Below, piece by piece: positions 14,255 through 27,030 of a DNA stretch of 64,000 nt (position 1 is its first letter; every line of letters starts with the position of its first letter). The translations under genes and the position numbers were made by a program. The stretch is from positions 30,814,001 through 30,878,000 of the forward strand of contig NC_043017.1 in assembly GCF_006345805.1 (NCBI RefSeq), given 5' to 3'. Under the pieces are notes generated by a model. It was not told where the DNA came from, ran no database searches, and worked only from the letters and a program-made list of their open reading frames with translations. The DNA comes from Octopus sinensis (Eukaryota).

Positions 14255-14531
14255 AGTTTGTTCCTTCTTTATGCCTGGTTTCCTTGGCGTGTAGGTTCCC
14301 CACCTGGACGGGACACCGGTCCGTTGCAGACGAGCTGCAAGATGCAGGAGGAAAGAGTGAGAGAAAATTGTGGCGAAAGAGACAGCAGAAGTTCGTCATT
14401 TCCTTCTGCCGGAGCCGGGTAGAGGTTAGGTGTTTCGCTCATAAACACACACATCGCTCGGCCTGAAATTCGAACCCGCAATCCCTCGACCGCGAATCCG
14501 CTGCTCTAACCACTAGGCCATGTGCTTCCAC
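14255..14531 (-). mobile_element. SINE group B head with a different tail (type 2)
   Basis: Head and core are homologous to group B. Tail ...CCGGTGTCCCGTCCAGGTGGGGAACCTAC... differs from type 1. Confidence 0.75.
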
Positions 14532-14820
14532 AAAACATCATTTAAATAGTATCATATCATTAAAAGCTACTATTTTATTTTATTTATTTATTTTATCATT
14601 GCCCCCTTATTTGTTGCTCTGACTCAGGTCAACAATGGCGTAGCCAGCATATGAAAGGTTATTCTATACAATATATTATTCAATTAAGAGAAAAAACAAG
14701 AAAAATATGCTTCATGACGATTCATTCATTAAAATTCGATGAAGAAGAGGGTCGACATGCCCCGAAGTGCATGCTTTTGGATTCTCGGGACTTTTTGTTC
14801 CTCAGATTTATATATATATA

Positions 14821-15243
14821 TAAAGTTAATCCAAACAAGAAAACACAAAAATAACACAACAACGCCGGGACGTGGAACAAATATAGTATTATTTGACACT
14901 CGGGAAAGAAGGAAAGAAGGAGGGTTTAACGTTTCGAGCGGAGCTCTTCGTAGGAAACATAGGAGAAGGAAAGATCCAGAGAAGGGAAGACACGGGAAAA
15001 AAATCGCCAACGGTACACACGAGGTCACATTTTGATATGTATAAAGTTAATCCAAACAAGAAAGCACAAAAAAAACTCAACGCGAGGACGTGGAACAAAT
15101 ATAGTATTATTTGACACTCGGGGAAGAAGGAAAGAAGGAGGGTTTAACGGAGATCTTCGTCGGAAACATAGGAAACAAGGAAAGATCCAGAGAAGGGAAG
15201 ACAGAAGAAAAAGATCGCCAACGGTACACACGCGGTCACATTT
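14821..15243 (-). mobile_element. Two tandem ~210-bp Penelope-like pLTR units
   Basis: Direct repeat 14821-15032 / 15041-15243 between TA tracts. Hammerhead-like motif on the minus strand at 14924-14958. Confidence 0.65.
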
Positions 15244-16364
15244 ATATATATAGATGTCTCAAGCTGTAACTGTAATTCAAAGGGGCCAGCCTTGTCATTT
15301 TCTGTGTAAGACAGAATCTCCTTGAGAACTACGTTAATGTTATGCATTCCTGTGGAGTACTCAGCTGTTTGTGAGTTAATTTTATCCTCGTTTGGTAATG
15401 TATGAACTTTTCTGTATCTACTGTCTTTCTCACTTTCTCTTTCTCTTTCGCTTCCTTTGCCTCCCTCTTCTCTCCCTCTTTTGATTTAACAACATGCATA
15501 TGTATCTATGTATCTACTTCTCTTACGATGAAATCTGTCACCCCTCACTGTCTCTTTCACCCCCTCTTTTCTCTCTCACTTTTCTCTCTCTCTCTCACTT
15601 TCTTTCATTCTCCCTTACATACTCTCTGAAGCAGTGAGAAATACAAAACGAACGCCGTCACCACTCACTGTCACTTTCTTTCTCTCTCCCTCTCTCTGTT
15701 ACTTCCTCTCTCCTCCCCTTTCTTGCTTTGCCACTTCTCTTACGTAAGTGTGACGCACACAACAGGTACGTACAAAAAAGATATTAGCGTATTAATATTA
15801 TTGATGATGATGATTATTATGAATATTAGTGCTGTTGAAGTTAACGTTTCTATATATATAAACTATTCGGAGCTAAATATCCATGTGAATAACATTCTGC
15901 GATTGTTATTGTAAATACATTTCGTATTTTTATTGTAGCAGTTGTTGCTTTTATTTATGTATTTATTTATTTATTTTTGCTATAGCTTCGGTGGTGTTGC
16001 ATATGCTGTGGTTCTTGCTGTTAAAATTTCTGGAGAAGTTTTTATTTTCGATCTTAAATTTACTGCTGTCAAATCTGATACCAGATACCTGGGGCAGAAT
16101 TTCTATGACTTCTGCCAAGAGTAGTTACATGAAATTCAATAAACAGGTTTTCATTCCAATACAGACACGTAGACACACCCAGCTTGATTTCGGTATACAT
16201 AGGCAAGTATTTATACAAATATACTCATATATGTACGTGACTATACACGCGCAAACACACCCAGTAACACATATATCGCAGAATATGTATGTAGATATGT
16301 ATGTGTATGGACGTAGGTAGGTCTAGATAGATGTATTTCTCTCTTTCTCTCTTTCTCTGTATCT

Positions 16365-16378
16365 CTATGTGTATATAT

Positions 16379-16420
<42 letters not shown>

Positions 16421-16426
16421 ATATAC

Positions 16427-16469
<43 letters not shown>

Positions 16470-16566
16470 TACATACATAAATATATATTGTATATATATA
16501 TGTATATATATATATATATGTATGTATATACAATTATATTTATTTATATATATATGAATAATATAA

Positions 16567-16606
<40 letters not shown>

Positions 16607-16640
16607 ACACATATATACATGTATGTGTACTTATATGTGT

Positions 16641-16700
<60 letters not shown>

Positions 16701-16718
16701 CTATATATATATATATAT

Positions 16719-16750
<32 letters not shown>

Positions 16751-16800
16751 ATATAATATATGTATATATGTATATATGTATATATGTATATATGTATATA
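16365..16800. repeat. Long (TA)n microsatellite
   Basis: Directly visible. Confidence 0.95.
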
Positions 16801-17102
16801 CAATGATAGAGTTATTTACATACATATTTCTTTTTCATGCAAGTTTTATGTATGCATAAAAGGCGTAGCGGTATGTATATACAGTTAAAACATTGTAGAA
16901 AATATAAGAAATGAATATATTTTAACTACCCAGATTCAACAAGAAAAATCTGTATTCATTCCTGTGAACAGCTATATTGAATTCTTTAGAAAAAGTCTTT
17001 CAGCAAAGGAATAACATTAGGTCTCTTAATGAAGTCTTCCTTCGGAGGAACCAAACTCGTGAGAAATAAAATATATGCAAATATACATATATTTTATTCT
17101 AT

Positions 17103-17389
17103 GCCGGCGGCCATGCTGCAGCACTGTCTTTCTTCAATGAAGTCGACCCCAGGATTTATTCTTTGTAAGCCTAGTAATTATTCTATCGGTCTCTTTTGGA
17201 GAACAGTTGTGTTAAGGGAACGTAAACACACCAACATCCGTTGTCAAGTGGTGGTGGAGGACTCACGGGGCTCTGGTCGACAAGAGTCTACATTAGAGGA
17301 CACTTTCGCAAGGGGTCACGCAGTGGGGTTGAACCCGCCCCATGTGTTTGGGAAGCTAGTTTCTTACAACACAGCCACTCCTACGTCCT
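17103..17389 (-). mobile_element. Old, diverged SINE group A copy
   Basis: Degenerate matches to both modules, with an internal deletion. Confidence 0.7.
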
Positions 17390-17413
17390 ACACCTATATA
17401 TATACATATATAT

Positions 17414-17492
<79 letters not shown>

Positions 17493-17494
17493 AA

Positions 17495-17941
<447 letters not shown>

Positions 17942-17989
17942 AACAAGTCAAAAATAGAAAATGCTAAGATAATTTTATAGTGAATCTTT

Positions 17990-18027
17990 CAGTACCGGTT
18001 TCGGTCATTTTGAGACCTTTTCAACTG
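17990..18027 (-). ncRNA. Minimal type I hammerhead ribozyme, U3/A8 variant
   Basis: CAG-UUGAAAA-GGUC-UCAAAAU-GACC-GAAAC-CG-GUA-CUG. All three stems pair; stem III is the palindrome ACCGGU. Confidence 0.75.
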
Positions 18028-18189
18028 TAACGATTAAATAATTAAATTTAGAAATATTAGAAGAAAAGTTTTTTTAAAGGAATATTTCTATAGTAGTGTT
18101 CAGATATAAGTGGCATTCTGCCTTTCTCTGACTCCCTTATTTGCACTTGTGTGTTCGAGGTCCGACCTCGAACACACAAGTGCAATCAT

Positions 18190-18600
18190 ACTCTTTTACT
18201 CTTTTACTCTTTTACTTGTTTCAGTCATTTGACTGTGGCCATGCTGGAGCACCACCTTTAGTCGAGCAAATCGACCCCGGGACTTATTCTTTGTAAGCCC
18301 AGTACTTATTCTATCGGTCTCTTTTGCCGAACCGCTAAGTGACGGGGACGTAAACACACAAACATCGGTTGTCAAGCAATGCTAGGGGGACAAACACAGA
18401 CACACAAACATATACACACACATATATATATACATATATACGACAGGCTTCTTTCAGTTTCCGTCTACCAAATCCACTCACAAGGCATTGGTGGACCCGG
18501 GGCTATAGCTGAAGACAATTGCCCAAGATACCACGCAGTGGGACTGAACCCGGAACCATGTGGTTGGTGAGCAAGCTACTTACCACACAGCCACTCCTGC
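18190..18600 (-). mobile_element. SINE group A
   Basis: Near-complete copy with a (CTCTTTTA)3 tail. Confidence 0.9.
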
Positions 18601-19197
18601 GGGTTATTCTTATTACTGTTGGATCCCATTTGTCTATCAACTAAAGCTTTTCTTCACTTTCGCTGCTATCATGTTCTCTATTTGCTAATTAAATGCAATC
18701 TTTAGAACGCATTCAGTTAACAAATGCTTCAAAATGTGTTTCACAACACTAAGGATGGATTTGAACTTTGCACAGATACAAACAGCACATTTTAAATAAA
18801 GTTTTGGGGTTAGATTATAAAATATCTATGTTTTAGTATCATAATTAATTAATAAACATAAAATCTTGACATTTTGTTTTAAATATGCACATTTTCATTG
18901 AAATACATTGTTAATCCAGGGAGACTATGCAATTTATGACATTGAAATATAACTAGATCTCTGTCGGTTACGATGACAAGTTTTCAAGTTGATTCCATCA
19001 ATTTAACAGCCTACACATGAAATTAACTTGCAAGTAATTGAGCTCCCCAAAGGTATGCGAACTATTAACGTAGTTTTCAGAAAGATTCAGCGTGAAGCAG
19101 AATGTCACAAGAGTGGCACTTTGAAATACAGGTACTGCTATTTTTTGCCAGTCAAGTGAACTGCTGCAACGTGAAATAATACCGTATCCCCTCCAAG

Positions 19198-19396
19198 GCG
19201 GTGGGCTGATAGAAACGTTAGCACACTGGGCGAAATGCTTACCGTTATTTCATCTGTCTTAATTCCGCCGAGTTCAGCTTTGCCTTTCATGCTATCGGGG
19301 TCAAAAAATTAAGTACCAGTTGCTTAGTGGAGTCGATCTAATCGCCTGGCCCCCTCCCCCAAATTTTTTGTCCTTGTGCCTAGAGTAGAAAAGAAT
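19198..19396 (+). mobile_element. SINE group C (tRNA-like head + GCCTTTCATCC...GGTCGAT..AATAAGTACCAG core)
   Basis: Homologous to 42245-42486, 47029-47590 and 49816-50397. Confidence 0.8.
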
Positions 19397-19629
19397 ACTG
19401 TGTCCCTTCCGTCTGCGGACACAGCACGTCGTTAGCTATCGAACTCAAGACCTTGCAATATTGAGCCGAATGCCGTAGCCTCTAATCAACGCACCTTCAA
19501 ACATGCACACACATGTATGTATGTATGTATGTATGTATGTATGTATGTATGTATGTACGTATGTATGTAGGTATGCATGTGTGTGTGTTTGTATGTATGT
19601 ATGTATATGATAGATCGTTAGACACTACG

Positions 19630-19790
19630 CACATTTTTTCTCTCCGTATTTTTTTCTGTGTACCTTTCTGTAGAAGAGGGTAGGCTCGAAACGTAAAACA
19701 CTTTTTTCTATACCTGGGCGTTATACTAATACATCTGTTTGTTTTGTACACCGCCTGTCTTCGTCTTTTTTTTTCGTAAACTCTCTCTCT
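19630..19790 (+). mobile_element. Penelope-like pLTR relic with variant hammerhead (CTGTAGA core)
   Basis: Motif at 19665-19698. Homologous to 10703-10870. Confidence 0.65.
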
Positions 19791-19792
19791 CG

Positions 19793-19838
<46 letters not shown>

Positions 19839-20407
19839 CAATATGCACTTTGGTATCTATGTAATCCGTTTATAGGTGAATATTATGCCAAAAGGAATAT
19901 TCTTTTGTTTTTATTTCGAACTGTTCAGGAAATAATTATGATGCATTTGCTGTATACATCATGAAGACGTTACGCTTTTCGTTTCACTGCCAGGCCCAAA
20001 TTGCGCTTGTAACAGACTTATAGCATATATAAAACATCTTTTCGTTGTCATGTGTACAACTTATTATCTGCTAGATTCCTTGAACCAGATGAAAACTGCA
20101 AATAAAATGAAGCCTTCCAATCACAAAATTTATTCACCAATCTGCACCAACATATAACTGTAGATCACTTTCGCATTTCTATTCACTTCACATCGTTGAC
20201 AAATATCACGGAACCCATAAGCTCTCGAGGAATATTACCGCATTGAAAAGACGAATAGAATATCATCTCTGTCTTCGTAATATATTAGAATATCATCTCT
20301 GTCTTCGTAATATATAGCCGATAATACTGTAGCCAGACAGGATAACAACTCCTTATAAGCACACACATTTATATGTGTGTGTTCGTGTCTGTGTCGTCTG
20401 TGTGTGT

Positions 20408-20455
<48 letters not shown>

Positions 20456-20755
20456 TGTTTTGTCAAGCGAAAGTGAGTGACGACACAGATATGAACACAC
20501 ACACATATACACATACAGATATACATAAGAGTGTTCCATCGTTAAAAACTTAGAGAATGGCTACCGTAAAAGATTTATCACTGAATCAAGCCAGTGATAT
20601 CATTGCAGATGTCGCCGTAAGGCTATAGTAATGTAGTGTAAGCTATTATCAACAGCTGATTTATTAAATGCGTGGTAAACAAGAGAATCGGTAATGATCT
20701 CGCTGATATTGGTGCTTTAAATGATGATTCTGTAAGCAATACATAACATAATAAG

Positions 20756-20915
20756 CGTAGGAGTGGCTGTGTGGTAAGCAGCTTGTTTACCAACCACATG
20801 GTTCTGGGTTCAATCCCACTGCATGGGACCTTGGGCAAGTGACTTCTACTATAGCTTCGGGCCCACCAAAGCCTTGTGAGTGGATTTGGTAGATGGAAAC
20901 GGAAAAGAAGCCGTC

Positions 20916-20964
<49 letters not shown>

Positions 20965-21144
20965 GGTCCCGGTTGATTCGGGGTTAACCACAGTAAATAA
21001 GGTACTCAATACCAGCAGAGTAAAATTAATTTATTATATAGAAGGAGCTTCTACAGGACTAGAACTGTTTCATTCAAGAGAAATCTTCAGGAAGATTTCT
21101 CTTGAATGAAACAGTTCTAGTCCTGTAGAAGCTCCTTCTATATA

Positions 21145-21195
<51 letters not shown>

Positions 21196-21530
21196 TATAT
21201 GTATATATTATATATATATATGTATTATATATATTATATATATATATATATATATAGATGTGTATGTATGTATGTATATGTATGTATGTATGTATGTATG
21301 TGTGTGTATATGTTTGTGTGTCTGTGTTTGTCCCCCAACATTGCTTGACAACCGATGCTGGTGTGTTTACCTTTCCGTAACATAGCGGTTCGGCAAAAGA
21401 GACCGATAGAATAAGTACTAGGCTTCCAAAGAATAAGTCCTGGGGTCGATTTGCTCTACTAAAGGCAGTGCCCCCTCATGGCCACAGTCAAATCAGTGAA
21501 ACAAGTAAAATAGTAAAAGAGAATAAAGGA
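20756..21530 (+). mobile_element. SINE group A interrupted in its internal (TA)n
   Basis: Head half 20756-20916 and second half about 21310-21530, with the fold-back element 20962-21150 between them. Confidence 0.85.
20962..21150. mobile_element. Penelope-like fold-back relic (60-bp arms)
   Basis: Arms 21029-21088 / 21091-21150. Minus strand reads CTGAAGA...GAAAC. Sister copy at 54124-54308. Confidence 0.75.
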
Positions 21531-22377
21531 AAGAATGTTTCCGACCCTTCTTACTACGTAAACAAACGACTTACCTCCATTTCCTTCCAGCTCCACTACT
21601 AATTCATTAATGTTATAATTATCATACACAGAGCTACGTAAACCACTTACACTGTTGTCTTCAGTTCCATAAGCTTCGCCAATCTCACTATTTCCAAGCG
21701 ATGAAGTAACAAAATTATTAAACTTTCAAACAGTGTGCACTGCGTTACATATTTGTGGATGCTAGGCATAAGATGGGAAGCGTCGTTTGTTAAATGTAAA
21801 ACCAGTTAGCAATAACACGATTGTGCAAAATTTGCAATAAAAACTTAAAGTCAGATTTATCTGTTGTTACGAATCATGGCATAGGTGACATTACTGATGT
21901 GTGAGCAATGTTCGGTTTCGATTTAAGAATAAACACTACGCATGTACATAAATTGAATTTAATTAAATACACTGGACAGTCATAAACAAATGTACTTTTA
22001 AAATATTCTCAACATGAATGGTAAAGAGAGAGCAGCTCCATTACTTTCAATCTCCGTTGATTTTTCATCAACGATTCATCAATTTATCGGGTAGTCCATA
22101 GCAGTTTTGTATTTATAAGCATTATTAGTAGTGCTTTTCATTAAATGACCTACGTGTTAAATGCATGTCCCATTTCGACAGCTAATGCTTCTTATAATTT
22201 AGTGACGCGGAAACTTGTTACAACAGCTTGGCTTCTTTACATGGTTCAATTAATTTCCTTTGTGGAGTTACATTCGCAGTCATTCTTGGGTGGATAAATA
22301 AATACAGAGCACCAGGAGGAAAACTTGAGAATTTATAAACTGTCTACTTTTCAACATACAGTTTTTAATATATAAAA

Positions 22378-22539
22378 TGGCTGTGTGGTAAGTAGCTTGT
22401 TTACCAGCCACATAGTTCCGGGTTCAGTCCCACTGCGTGGCATCTTGGGCAAGTGTCTTCTGCTATAACCCCGGGCCGACCAATGCCTTGTGAGTGGATT
22501 TGGTAGACGGACACTGAAAGAAGCCCGTCGTATATATGT

Positions 22540-22591
<52 letters not shown>

Positions 22592-22805
22592 ATGTTTGTG
22601 TGTCTGTGTTTGTCCCCCTTGCATTGCTTGACAACCGATGCTGGTGTGTTTACGTCCCCGTCACTTAGCGGTTCGGCAAAAGAGACCGATAGAATAAGTA
22701 CTGGGCTTACAAAAGAATAAGTCCCGGGGTCGATTTGCTCGACTAAAGACGGTGCTCCAGCATGGCCGCAGTCAAACGACTGAAACAAGTAAAAGAGTAA
22801 AAGAG
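22378..22805 (+). mobile_element. SINE group A
   Basis: Near-complete copy. Confidence 0.9.
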
Positions 22806-23169
22806 TATATCCGTTGAACTGACCAAAATGTCTACCCTATATGACGATGAGTGATAAATGCACCCCTTGAGGTTATTTTGAGTGAATTGTCCAGTTTTCG
22901 CTCTGCTAACTTTGTGCTAAAACCATAGATTAAGGTATATTTCCTTCATCTTTTAATTCGTATCACAGTAGATACACAACACTTGAACACACCCGTTTGT
23001 TTGCAGGTTCGTATTCCCACCGGTTACAATTAGCCAGGTACATCATGGTAAAATACTTTGAACAATACTTCATGGCTCTGGAGATTTAATCTGTTATAAA
23101 TACACGAATAAGATATAAATCTCTACTGAAGCAATTCTTGAAAATTTAAACCTCCATTCGTCTAATTTT

Positions 23170-23200
<31 letters not shown>

Positions 23201-23869
23201 CATACACAAATATATACATATATATACATATTTACATACAAACATTATATTCATATATATAAATATAAAATGATATAATTATCATATACAGAGCTACTTA
23301 AACCACCAATATATATATATGAATATATATACATACATTATAATCATGCACATACACTCATACACACGTATACACACACGCATTCACTTCACAGGCTTCA
23401 TTGCTATACTTTTTTTTAATATTTATATTATTATATTTCGCTATCTTTTTTGTCAGCCATTCTGATTTTTTTCAAATAAAATCACCGACCTTAAGAAAAC
23501 CGACAGATATTTAACACAAACAATACAGAATATATTTCGCACGAATGTATATATATATCCATCACCAGAAACATTGCAAATTGTTTTCATTTTTCACTAT
23601 CCTCCCATTTTTGATTGAATAGAAAAAAGACTACAAGAAAAGAAATAATGTCAATAAATGTTGCATTCTGGGACAACATGAAAGATAAAAAGAAAAAAGC
23701 TCTCTAGAGGAGACGAAAGATCTTTTACAGACATTAAAAAAATAAGTAAAGATGCCGACTTAAGTATCATCTTCTTTAAATTCAGAATTTAAAAGAAATA
23801 CCAAATAAAACGGAGCAAAGTAGATCTGTGAGGAAGGAACCGCAACAAAAACAGAAAAAAAATCATTAT

Positions 23870-24187
23870 CAAGATGATGATCATCATCATGATGATGACG
23901 ACAAAAAACGACGGTGATGGTTGCGATGTTGGTGGTGGAGGCAGTGATGGTGATGACGATGATGATGATAATGGCAACGGTGATGATTCCGATGATGATG
24001 ATGATATGATGATGATGATGATGATGATGACGATGATGACGACGACGACGATGAAGATGATGATGATGCTGGTGGTGGTGGTGGTGGTTGTCGTTGTCGT
24101 CGTCGTAATAGTAGTAGTAGTAGTAGTATTTGTAGTAGTAGTAGTATTTGTAGTAGTATTAGTAGTAGTAGTATAGTAGTAGTAGTA

Positions 24188-24236
<49 letters not shown>

Positions 24237-24345
24237 TAGTGGTGCTGATGGTGATGATGACGGTGATGATGATGGCAGTAGTGGTGATGGTGATGGTGAT
24301 GATAATGATGATGATGGTGCCCGTGGCGTTAGTGGCGGTGGTCAT
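23870..24345. repeat. Compound trinucleotide microsatellite (GAT/GAC/GGT/TAG)
   Basis: Directly visible. Confidence 0.95.
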
Positions 24346-24562
24346 GACGATAAGACGATTTATTTGTTAGCCGAGGGTCTACGTGAACAGACAAGATTTA
24401 GGATAGAGCCATGCATACAGAAAACATACGTATACAAGAGCAACGCAGAAACCTCAAATATCAGGAATCACGTGAATACCCAAGCACACACGCACATCAC
24501 ACACACGCATACACACAGGCATTCACAAATACACAACCTTTACAGAAACACGTTTACACACA

Positions 24563-24720
24563 TGGCATGGCTCTGTGGTAAGAAGCTTGCTTTCCAAATA
24601 CATGGTACTAGGTTCGTTCCCCCTACGTGGCACGTGGGTCAAGTGTCTTCTACTGTAGCCCCGCATCGAGCAAAGTCTTGTGAGTTGATTTAGAAAGCGG
24701 AAACTGAAAGAAGCCCGTCG

Positions 24721-24753
<33 letters not shown>

Positions 24754-25439
24754 GTATGTGTGTGTGTGTGTGTGTGTGTGTATCAATATGTTTGTGTCTC
24801 TATATTTGTCCCCCACCACCGCGTGACAACCGGTGGTGGTGTCTTTGCGTCCCAGTCATATAGCAGTTCGACAAAAGAGACCGCCAGAATAAATAACAGG
24901 CTTAAAAATGTATGTCGCGAGGTCGAATTATTCGACTAGAATCGTTCATGGTAATGCTCTATATTTGTCCCCCGTCACAGCATGACAACCGGTGGTGGTA
25001 TGTTTGCGTTCTAGTCACATAGCAGTTCGACAAAAAGACCGACAGAATAAATAACAGGCTTAAAAATGTATGTCGCGAGGTCGAATTATTCGACTAGAAT
25101 CGTTCATGGTAATGCTCTATATTTGTCCCCCGTCACAGCATGACAACCGCTGGTTGTGTGTTTGCGTTCCAGTCACATAGTAGTTCGACATAAGAGACCG
25201 ATAGATTAAATAACAGGCTTAAAAATGTATGTCGCGAGGTCGAATTGTTCGACTACAATCCTTCATGGTAATGCTCTATATTTATACCCCATCACCGCAT
25301 GACAAGCGGTGGTGGTGTGTTTGCGTCCCAGTCACATAGCAGTTCGACAATAGCGACCGATAGAATAAGTAACGGGCTTAAAACATGTATGCCACGGAGT
25401 CGAATTTTTCGACTAGACTCCTTTCTGGTAATGCTCCAG
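24563..25439 (+). mobile_element. SINE group A with its second module amplified as 4 x ~159 bp
   Basis: Units start at 24802, 24961, 25119 and 25278. The array ends in GGTAATGCTCCAG. Confidence 0.85.
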
Positions 25440-25799
25440 TGAAAGGGCTGAAATACCTAAAAGAATACAAGAATATAAGAATACATGAATGGATCTCACT
25501 TTGTATTTATTTGTTTGATGAAGTGCACAGCTTCCTCGCTGAATTATCACGTAAGCATTGAATATTCTACAAACACATTCCGTATAATACAATCCTATTA
25601 CGGAATCAGTGTAAGGTGTGAGATGATGGTTGATCGTTAAATAAAGCCATGATCCATCTGACAAGTCTTCGTTCAAATTACGTCTACTATCCAATATTCT
25701 AGTCAATGGGGATCACTTCAAGGAATTCCGAATTCTAAAACAATCTTTGTAATCATTTGCTACATATTGAATAGAAATATATAATAGATATCCCGAAAC

Positions 25800-26066
25800 A
25801 CAGATGTGACCGTGTGGTGAGGAGATGGCTTCGCAAATACTTTGTTCCAAGTTCAATAACACTGCGTAGCACCTTGGGCAAGATCATCTACTATACTCTC
25901 GGGCCGAATAAAGCCCAGCGACTCAATTCTGTTGACGGAACTTGGAAGATGCCTGACATATACATACATATATATATATATGTGTGTGTGTGCGTGAGTG
26001 TATATATGTATATATATATATGTATATATATATGTATATATATGTATGTATGTATATATATATATG

Positions 26067-26124
<58 letters not shown>

Positions 26125-26396
26125 TGTGTATGTGTGTGTGTGTGGTGTGTGTGTGTGTATGTGTGTGTGTGTGTGTATGTATGTATTTTATAGAAATATG
26201 TTTCGAAAAGAAAATAGAACCTACACGTGGAAAAGATATGGAGAAAGTAAGAAGAAAAAAGCGTAAAAAAACATTGAATGAAACGTAACGATAAATAATT
26301 AAATACAATTTGATGAACTGAGGTAGAATTAAGAGGAATTAAATTCATTATTTTGAATTGCTAAAGTGACTCAAAGTGAAACCGGCATCGTCATTG

Positions 26397-26436
<40 letters not shown>

Positions 26437-27030
26437 TAATATATTTATATACATACATACATACATATATATATATTATATATATGTGTGTGTGTGTGTA
26501 TGTATGTGTGTGCGTGTGTGTGTTTATATGTATATGTATATATATATTATATATATATATATATATTATATATAATATATATATATGTAACCGACCGAAA
26601 CTGCAGAGTCGATCTAGAACTCGACTGAAGATGGAAGTTCCGAATGACACTTCCTAGATCCTTCCTGTCCTTTTTTGTATCTATCTATACATATATATAT
26701 ATATATATTTATTTATTAATCAATATCAGGGTAGCAAAAAATTTAAGAGAACTTTTTTCGCCACCAGCGGTCTAGTGAGAAAGAAAAAATAGTCAACAGA
26801 CTATATAATGTACATTCAACAATAATATTAAGGAATGGCCATTCCTTAATAGTATTGTATATATATATATTATATTATATATGCGCGCGCCTTCGTGTGT
26901 GTGTTTGTGTCTGTGTTTGTCCCCCCTCCACTACCACTTGGTAACTGTTGTTGATGTGTTTACAGAACCTTTAGTTAGCGATTCGGTTAAAGAAGCTGAT
27001 AGAATAGCTCCAGGCCTTAACAACATAAGT
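25800..27030 (+). mobile_element. Old SINE group A split by an expanded microsatellite and small inserts
   Basis: Degenerate head 25800-25960 and degenerate second module about 26895-27030, with TA/TG tracts and short unique inserts between. Confidence 0.6.

Noticed and set aside
15989-16130. Possible exon after TTTTTGCTATAG, open on both strands for about 50 codons
   Set aside because: No recognisable domain and no partner exon.
20258-20316. 30-bp tandem duplication (also a 20-bp one at about 46712-46746 and a 14-bp palindrome near 11559-11572)
   Set aside because: Ordinary slippage products or chance palindromes.
26587-26690. GAAAC...CTGAAGA...GAA hammerhead-like words between TA tracts
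   Set aside because: No valid NUH site or stem I register, and GAAA is incomplete. At best a decayed relic.
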